Positions 57,215 to 64,000 of a stretch of 64,000 bases of DNA are shown one piece after another. Source of the DNA: Limnochordia bacterium (GTDB lineage Bacteria; Bacillota; Limnochordia; DTU080); assembly GCA_050951545.1 (NCBI GenBank), contig JBMNJG010000002.1, positions 128,001 to 192,000 of the forward strand. The letters are read 5' to 3'. Each line of letters starts with the position of its first letter. Position 1 is the stretch's first letter. The position numbers were made by a program, and so were the translations under genes. The notes under the pieces are model-generated. The model was given only the letters and a program-made list of their open reading frames with translations. It was not told the DNA's origin and ran no database searches.

Positions 57215-57791
57215 TGGTAAGAACCTAACGATGCGGCCTTTGCGGAGTCCTTTTTGCTGATTTTGATTGCCCGAAGGGCTCTTTTCCCCGCCTAAGGGCA
57301 CACTTGCTCGCCTTGATTTTGCTTCTGGGGCTACCGGGCGGTACATAACCGGACGGTGACGATTCCTTTTTCCCACTCAGACGATTGGGTCAGCTCTCCA
57401 GTGCGCGGTTACAGCGGGCTCGCTCGGATCCCTCTGCGGACCAACCCTTCGGTGTTGCCCCGGTCGGTGTATTTCGAGAAGAGATGGGTGTATGCACACG
57501 CTTGCGAGACTCGCTCGCTCACCGAACGGGATTCACCTGCATTGCCATGCGAGTAGGGACCAAGATCCGACGGCGATGGCGGAAGAATCGCCGCATCAAC
57601 CCCCCGAAGCCAGTGTAGTTGGTAAAAGCGCAGCGATGCGGTCTTCGCGGTGCCCTTTTGGCCGATTTTGACCATCCGAAGGGCTCATTTCGCCCCCAAA
57701 AGAGCACGCTTTCCCGCCCTGGTGGCCCTTCTGGAGCCTCCCGGCGGCACATAACCGAACAGTGTCGATAGCCTTTTCCCACTCAGCCGAT
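57215..57791. repeat. Two diverged direct repeats of about 171 bp (57215-57385 and 57620-57791)
   Basis: Hand alignment about 75% identity with one 1-nt gap; shared blocks CGATGCGG, GATTTTGA, CCGAAGGGCTC, ACATAACCG, TTTTCCCACTCAG. Confidence 0.9.
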
Positions 57792-58087
57792 GATCCGAAC
57801 GGGGGATGCATTTCGCTCTCGGTGGCCACCGGGTCTTCGCTGGCAATGCGCGCGTGCAGCGAAAGCTGTGGAAGGATTCTGGCTTCACGTACCGACCGGA
57901 CCAAACAGCAGATCTGCACCCACACAACATAGGGCCTTGACATCCCCACGGGCGTATGCTTAACTACATCTGTAGTCAGAACGATGAGGGACTGCGGTCA
58001 GATCGGAAACCCAAACCCCTCAACTACTGCACTGCTTCGCGCCGTAGTGCGGTGATCACCTGGTACGTAGTACTGGAGGTGCTTAAC

Positions 58088-59320
58088 ATGTTGAAAAGGA
58101 TGTCATTAGTTCGAGTAATCTGTATGGTGTTTGGTGTGTTGCTCTGGGCGAGCGGGGCTACAGCTTCTCCGGTAACCATAAACTGCTTTGGCACGTTGCC
58201 ACCGGCCCTGGTCGAACAGTTCAACAAACAGAATCTCGATGTCAAGTTGGTCGCTGAACTGCCGCAAGAGTTGACCGAGACAGCGTATCAGAATGCGGTC
58301 CGCTCTGGCAAATACGATCTAGTGCTAAGCATGGCCAGTCCGGGTTACATGGACCAATGGGTGCAAGACGGTCTGTTCCTCTCGCTCAATGCGTACATCA
58401 AGAGAGATGGCATCAACATCAAGTCGTTTGTCGGGAACCTGGCAGAAGCCATGCGCCTGGATAACAACCTCTACGACTTGCCACTCCGCCTGATGCCGTA
58501 TCATGTGGTCTACAACCGCGATTTGTTCGACAGCAAGGGCGTTGATTGTCCGCGTCCTGGCTGGACATGGGATGATTTCCGCGAAATGGCAACCCGCTTG
58601 ACTGGGAAAACACCAGACTCACACGGCGCTGTTGTTCCTGTCGACGTCTGGGCGGTAATGGCAGAGCAGCACGCCAATAGGATATACGAGGCCACACTGG
58701 AGGAGTACGCCAGCATTCTGGCGTTCACAAAGAGTATGGTTAGCGATAAGTCGCTCTCTATAGACCTGCCCGAGGAAGTGAATGGGGGATTTGTCATGGT
58801 CACGAACATGGGTTTCGAGACGGGCAAAATCGCCATGCAGGTTACCCGATATCCACCTCGGATCGGGGATTTCCCCATCGGCATTGCTCCTCTACCGGCG
58901 CCGAAAGGGCAGCAGTCTACAACACCTGTTACCGTACTGAGCATGGGAATTCCTAAGGCGGCGCGACACGCTGCAGAAGCCTGGCGAGTCATCCGATTCC
59001 TCACCACTCCGCAAGCCTCCCAACTGTTGGCTGACAGTGGCTGGTTGCCTGCTGTGAACCTGAATCCTCACGTGCTGGGTCTTTGGGCTACTGCCAGAAT
59101 CGGTAGAATACCCGCGGGCTTGGAGAGCCTGGCAGGCATCAACTTGAGTGTCGCTGGCAGGCGTTTTGAACAGATCAACACCGACTTCTGGTATTTTCTT
59201 GAGGGGCAAGCAAACGGGTTCTTCAGAGGCCGGCAATCCGAAGACAGTGTGTTGCAGGCCATTAGGGAAGAGGGGCGATCTGCAAACAGTAGAGCTCGAG
59301 CGATCCTCAGCTCTAAGTAG
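58088..59320 (+). CDS. Sugar ABC transporter substrate-binding protein
   Basis: GGAGG RBS, signal peptide, YNRDLFDSKGV, WTWDDFREMA, EAWRVIRFL. Confidence 0.85.
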   Translation: MLKRMSLVRVICMVFGVLLWASGATASPVTINCFGTLPPALVEQFNKQNLDVKLVAELPQELTETAYQNAVRSGKYDLVLSMASPGYMDQWVQDGLFLSLNAYIKRDGINIKSFVGNLAEAMRLDNNLYDLPLRLMPYHVVYNRDLFDSKGVDCPRPGWTWDDFREMATRLTGKTPDSHGAVVPVDVWAVMAEQHANRIYEATLEEYASILAFTKSMVSDKSLSIDLPEEVNGGFVMVTNMGFETGKIAMQVTRYPPRIGDFPIGIAPLPAPKGQQSTTPVTVLSMGIPKAARHAAEAWRVIRFLTTPQASQLLADSGWLPAVNLNPHVLGLWATARIGRIPAGLESLAGINLSVAGRRFEQINTDFWYFLEGQANGFFRGRQSEDSVLQAIREEGRSANSRARAILSSK

Positions 59321-59380
59321 AGTGGCGGCGCGAAGCATAGCCTCTGCTAGAAGAGGCTATGCGCATATTGTCTACCACCT

Positions 59381-62300
59381 TTATTCAGACGGGGTGTCAT
59401 TGCCAGTTCGCAACTGACTAGGCCAAAGGATCAACGAATCACCAGAGACCTGAAAACCAAGGTTACGCAAAACAACAGCTGCTGGGGTCTCCAATACCGC
59501 TTGGCCATTGAACGTAGCCACACAAATGGATCGTCGCGGTCGCTGATGGCCTGGTATAGCCAGAAGCTGCGGAAAAAGGGTTAGTGCTTGTTCTGTATCG
59601 GACCACGCGCGCCCAATTGGGCTCCATAGACTCTTGCCATAGCCACTGATGTAAAGAAGCATCTGCCCTCGCCCGTATATCACATAGTTGAGCGATGAGC
59701 GAGAAAAGCCCGTCCCCATGGGAAGCTCAGCGGGACAAATCGGTCCGGCTGCGCAGGCCGGATCCCAGGCAGATAGTAGACGCATACTCGGTGTCTGGCT
59801 GGCCACTGCGCACGGCCCGCAATTCCTCCACAGCATGAGGATGCGCAAACTGAGAACCTGCCAACCCGGTGACAAAATAACCACTTCGAACCCTTCCCGT
59901 CATCTCCATAACACGTAGGGTGCGATATAAAGGTGGCCACAGTCTCTCGATACCTTCAGCCAAGAGCATTTGGCGACAGAGCACCCCGTAGCGCCCCACC
60001 AGCACTTCGGCCAGCCGCTCTAGCGCCCAACGCTGCTGGTCCGGTGAGAGCGGTGATATCTGATCCGAGTCTGCGGGCAGTTCGGAGTTGCCGCTACCGT
60101 CCGGTGCCGCATATGCCAGCAACGACCAGCGCCCACCGCCCAAGTCTAGGCCTAGCTCAACTCGACGCCGCAGCGCACGACGCAGATGTGCCATTTCCCG
60201 TCCCTGCGGGCGGCGGCCCCAAGCAACAGGTGGTGCCTCTTTCGTAGCATCGGTTGGCGAGTCGGCTGGTTTTCCTTGACGCACCGGAGCAAACGTATCG
60301 TTTGTCACTCGGCCAAGCAGCGACAACTCCCACAGGGCCGACTGGAGTTGCTGCATTCCACCTAGCTCATCTGGTTCTCTAGACCAAGCTGCCAGTAACT
60401 CGCGGGTGAATGCTGCTCCGTGTTGCTGCAAAATGCCCTCTACCTTCTGGGCCGCAGGTGAAGCTACCGGCTGGTCCACGTTGTGCACTAGCAGGGGCAA
60501 TAGCGCCGATACATCGTCATGGCGAAAAAAACCCACTCGGCCACGGTCAGGGCTGCCTCCCGGCTGCATCACCCACACAAACTCACCCCGGGCACACAGC
60601 AAATCGAGCCATGCCGGATCGTAGCCCGGCAATCGGGCGGGAAGCACATCTCGTTCCCATACTTCAACTGGGAGGAACAATCCGCTCAGCTGATCCAACA
60701 CCTCGGCGAGTGCTTCGACCCCACTCTTTTGGGGCGTGTTTCCCACCTGCTGCCAGTTGAACAAGAAACTGCTGTAATCCGCTACTGCAACGGCTTCTAC
60801 TTCATGACGTAGTTGAGACAAAGTGCGGCGATGTATTTCCTGCAACACATCCCGATGGCACCATTCAATGCCAGTTTCGTTGGGCAGAAAGGCGCCCTTC
60901 TGTAGGAGTCCCTCCGAGCATAACGTGTCCAAATGACCTACCACTAACGCCTCTGACCAACCATAACGTAGTGCCAGTTCAGCAGCGGTAAACGGGCCAT
61001 GCGTCCTAGCGTACCTTTTGACCAAGAACCGCTGCGCCTCTACCTGCGGCGCGCCTTCACCGGGGCCAAAAGCGGTGCTGAACAGGTCCCACTCCTCCGC
61101 AGCAATTATCCGGTCCGTCGGTGCCACCCCAAAACGGTATAGAATGGCTCGGCCAGCCTGCACTAGCTCGCTTAGCGCTGTTGCAGAGGTAATCCGCTCC
61201 TGTGCTTCGATTAGCGTGAGATCACCCACATCTAGCAGTATTTCCTCCAACTCATCTGCGTTGCGGGCCTGAGAACCAGTGGTAGAACGCTGTCGGCGAG
61301 CAATAGTAGCGGCGATGGCTGTTGGGTCAAGCAACTCTCGTAGCTGATTTTCACCCAGCATCTCCCCTAAGAGCTCACGGTCTAGGGTGAGAAACTGGGC
61401 CTTTTTCTCTGCTCGTGGGGTATCGTCGGAGTACATGTTCTCGCCTGTCAACTGCAGGACAAACGTGCGAGCAAACGGAGAAGGAGTCACCGACTGCCGA
61501 TACTCCACCTGCACGATACCTTCGGTGAGATCCCGTTGGAGCTGAGTCAACCCCGGCACATCAAGGACATCCTGAAGGCATTCTCGGAAAGCCTCTAGAG
61601 CGACCGGGAAGCTACTCTCCTTGCGCACCATGGATAGCAGATCGCCTGCCCGTACCCGCTGTAACCACAGAGGTACCCGCCGTTTGGGTGAACTGCGCCC
61701 CAAAACCAAAGAACGGGCAGCCGCCATGCGAAAGTGGGCACCAAACAAGGCCGTGGATGGAAGCTCCGATATCAGCCGTTGTTCGATATCGTTTCCTAGG
61801 TATACCAGGGTCTCAACAGGAGGAGCAACCTGCCCGCGGGGCATATGCCAAGCAATACCATAGTCGGTTGCCACACTTGTCAACTCATATCCTAGTTCCT
61901 CACGGGCTCGTTGCCTGGCTACCATCTCCCACGCGGCATGTAGGCGATACCCATACGGGCTGTGTAGGATGATGCGATGGTCACCGGCTTGGTCGATGTA
62001 CGATTCGAGTAGCAGTCGCCGATCACTAGGAATACAACCCGTGTGCCGCAGCTGATCGTTTAGATACTCCGTCAACTCCGAAGCAGCTTGGGCATCTAAC
62101 CCCACCTCGGTCGTCAACCACTGTGCGACACCCGGATCAGCCAAACGCCCGGCCAACTCTCGCCAGAACGCTCCCAAGCGCCGGCCTGCTTCTAGGTCGC
62201 GTCCACTGCGATCGCCTTTCCAGAAAGGCATTTTCGGTAGCGCCTCAGGAGCAGGTGCCACCACCACTCGATTGTCAGTAATGCTTTGAATGCGCCAAAT

Positions 62301-63899
62301 CGCGTTGCCCAAAATGAAGGCATCGCCACGGTGGCTCTCAAATACGAACTCTTCTTCGAGCTCGCCCACCCTACCACTTTGACCAGCAATATAGACTCCG
62401 TAATAGCCACGATCGGGTATGGTGCCCGCACCAGCTATCGCGGCGGCTCTGGTTCCGGGCAACGCCTGCAAGGTATCGGTGGTCCGATCCCAGGCGATTT
62501 TGGGACGCAATTCGATGAAGTCACGTGCGGGGTAGCGCCCCGACAGCATCTCGACGATACTCAATAGCTGCTCCCGACCCAAATTACGGAATGGATAACT
62601 CTGCCGCGCCAACTGCCACAAAGCATCGATGGCCCAAGGCTCCACACCTATCATCGCCACTATCTGTTGCGCCAAGACATCGAGGCAGTTTTCGGGGATA
62701 TGCGTCTCTTCCACATGGCCGATGCGCATCTCTCGGGCCACCCAGGCTGTGTCTAGCAGATCGTCGGGCGATTTTGTCAAGAACAGCATTTTGCTGGCAG
62801 CACCCAACACATGCCCCGATCGCCCAGCTCGCTGTAACCCACTGGACGGCGACCGGGGCGAGGCGATCTGGATCACCAAGTCAATGGCTCCCACATCAAT
62901 CCCCAACTCCAAAGTCGATGTGCAAACCAGCGCCCGCAATTCGCCTTTCTTCAGGGCTGCCTCCACTTCTTCCCTCGCAGTACGTGACAACGACCCATGG
63001 TGGGTTTTAGCCAGCATCGTTCCGGCTGCTTCATTAATGCCCAAGGTTAGCCGCTCGGCAAGGGCGCGTGAGTTGACAAACACTAACGTAGAACGATGTG
63101 CTTGGACCTCACGCAGAACCTTCTCATGGATATCCGGCCACATTGAGCGACCTGCTGCTGGCGCAAAACTCTGCGGCCCCAGTTGCACCTGCATAGCCAG
63201 ATCTTTGGCCATAAGAGCATCGATAATCCGCACCGGACGCGGAACCCCAGCCTGTGCTCCGCCCAAGAACTTGGCGATTGTGTCCAGCGGACGCTGTGTG
63301 GCCGAAAGGCCGATCCGCTGTAGATCACGGCTGGCCAGGTGTTGTAGTCGCTCTAAGGATAGCGCCAAGTGCACGCCACGTTTGTTGCCCGCCAAAGCAT
63401 GAATCTCATCCACAATGACGGTATGGGTGGAAGCCAGTATATGGCGGGCTCGGGGCGATGAGAGTAATAGGTATAGGCTTTCGGGCGTGGTGATGAGGAT
63501 ATCGGGCGGTTTACGCAGCATGGCCTGACGCGCTGACTGCGGCGTATCTCCCGTACGCACGGCTACTTTCACTGTGGGTAGGGTTATCCCCATTTGGGCA
63601 GCGGCGGCGGCGATACCTTCCAGGGGGGCGGTGAGGTTGCGGGCAATGTCGTTATTCAAGGCCTTTAGTGGTGACACGTACACCACTTGCACACCCTTAC
63701 CGGTGCCGCGAACATACAGGCGGTCTAGGATCTCCAGGAAAGCGGCCAAGGTTTTGCCTGAGCCTGTAGCCGCTAGGATCAGACTGTTTTCGCCGGCCCG
63801 AATCACGGGCCAACCCATCTGCTGTGGAGGGCTAGGCGCGCTAAAGCGTTCCTCGAACCAAGCCCGTACAGCGGGATGAAAACCTGCCATCACGTCCAT
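59381..63899 (-). CDS. lhr: Large Lhr-family SF2 helicase, C-terminal ~130 aa in a shifted frame (near 59785)
   Basis: ATGSGKT, YVSPLKAL, ITTPESL, VDEIHAL, GLSAT, HHGSLS, LELGIDVG, QRAGR, GTIPDRG, MPFWKG, GYFVTGLAGSQFA; continuation LSAWDPA in other frame. Confidence 0.9.
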
Positions 63900-64000
63900 A
63901 TGCGTGCCCTGGCCTCCGACCGAGACTGTGGTGGGTCTAGTGCCCGTTTCCCTTACTGGGGACATCCCTCCTCTAACATACATGCCTAACCCTGAGGTGT

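Noticed and set aside
57220-57415. Integron attC sites suggested by ACCTAAC/ACATAAC boxes
   Set aside because: No matching GTTRRRY end or extended dyad in both copies, no cassette ORFs, no integrase
57215-57791. CRISPR array
   Set aside because: Only two long diverged units; no short identical repeats with spacers; no cas genes
45796-57950. tRNA-Ser-anchored genomic island carrying ABC exporter and R-M system
   Set aside because: No integrase and no duplicated tRNA 3' end found by eye in the window
38450-59790. Programmed frameshifting or slipped-strand phase variation in tetR, hsdS, lhr
   Set aside because: No slippery heptamer, homopolymer or microsatellite at the shift sites; sequencing error is simpler
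1205-63402. Many long antisense or alternate-frame ORFs (e.g. 1205-1918, 9816-10568, 29876-30763, 32889-33713, 62629-63402)
   Set aside because: Shadows of well-supported genes in GC-rich DNA; no motifs or RBS

Overview
Bacterial chromosomal window, most likely from a diderm, probably spore-forming member of the Bacillota (Limnochordia-like; inferred from sporulation-family genes ylbJ/yqhV, a T-box leader, an SLH-coiled-coil-beta-barrel outer-membrane tether and solute-binding proteins with no clear lipobox). Order: ylbJ (partial)-ylbF family-asnS, yqhV, glyA-MFS; two large secreted glycoside-hydrolase-like unknowns; T-box-serS and a beta-helix protein; a 1517-aa OmpM/SlpA-like tether with recently expanded coiled-coil repeats; Zur-boxed znuACB-zur; an AraC-centred cluster (FAD oxidoreductase + atypical AroA, divergent from two QueG/dehalogenase-like Fe-S proteins, an esterase and a HEAT-cyclophilin); orphan sugar-binding proteins; a TetR-controlled LolCDE-like/LolA-like/beta-barrel operon; creatininase, CBM9, tRNA-Ser(TGA); a heterodimeric ABC exporter behind a leader-peptide attenuator; type I R-M (hsdRSM); an acidic repeat protein, a 170-bp non-coding repeat pair, another binding protein and lhr. 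Three genes (tetR, hsdS, lhr) carry +1 frameshifts that may be sequencing errors. All calls are from visual motif recognition; no searches were run.
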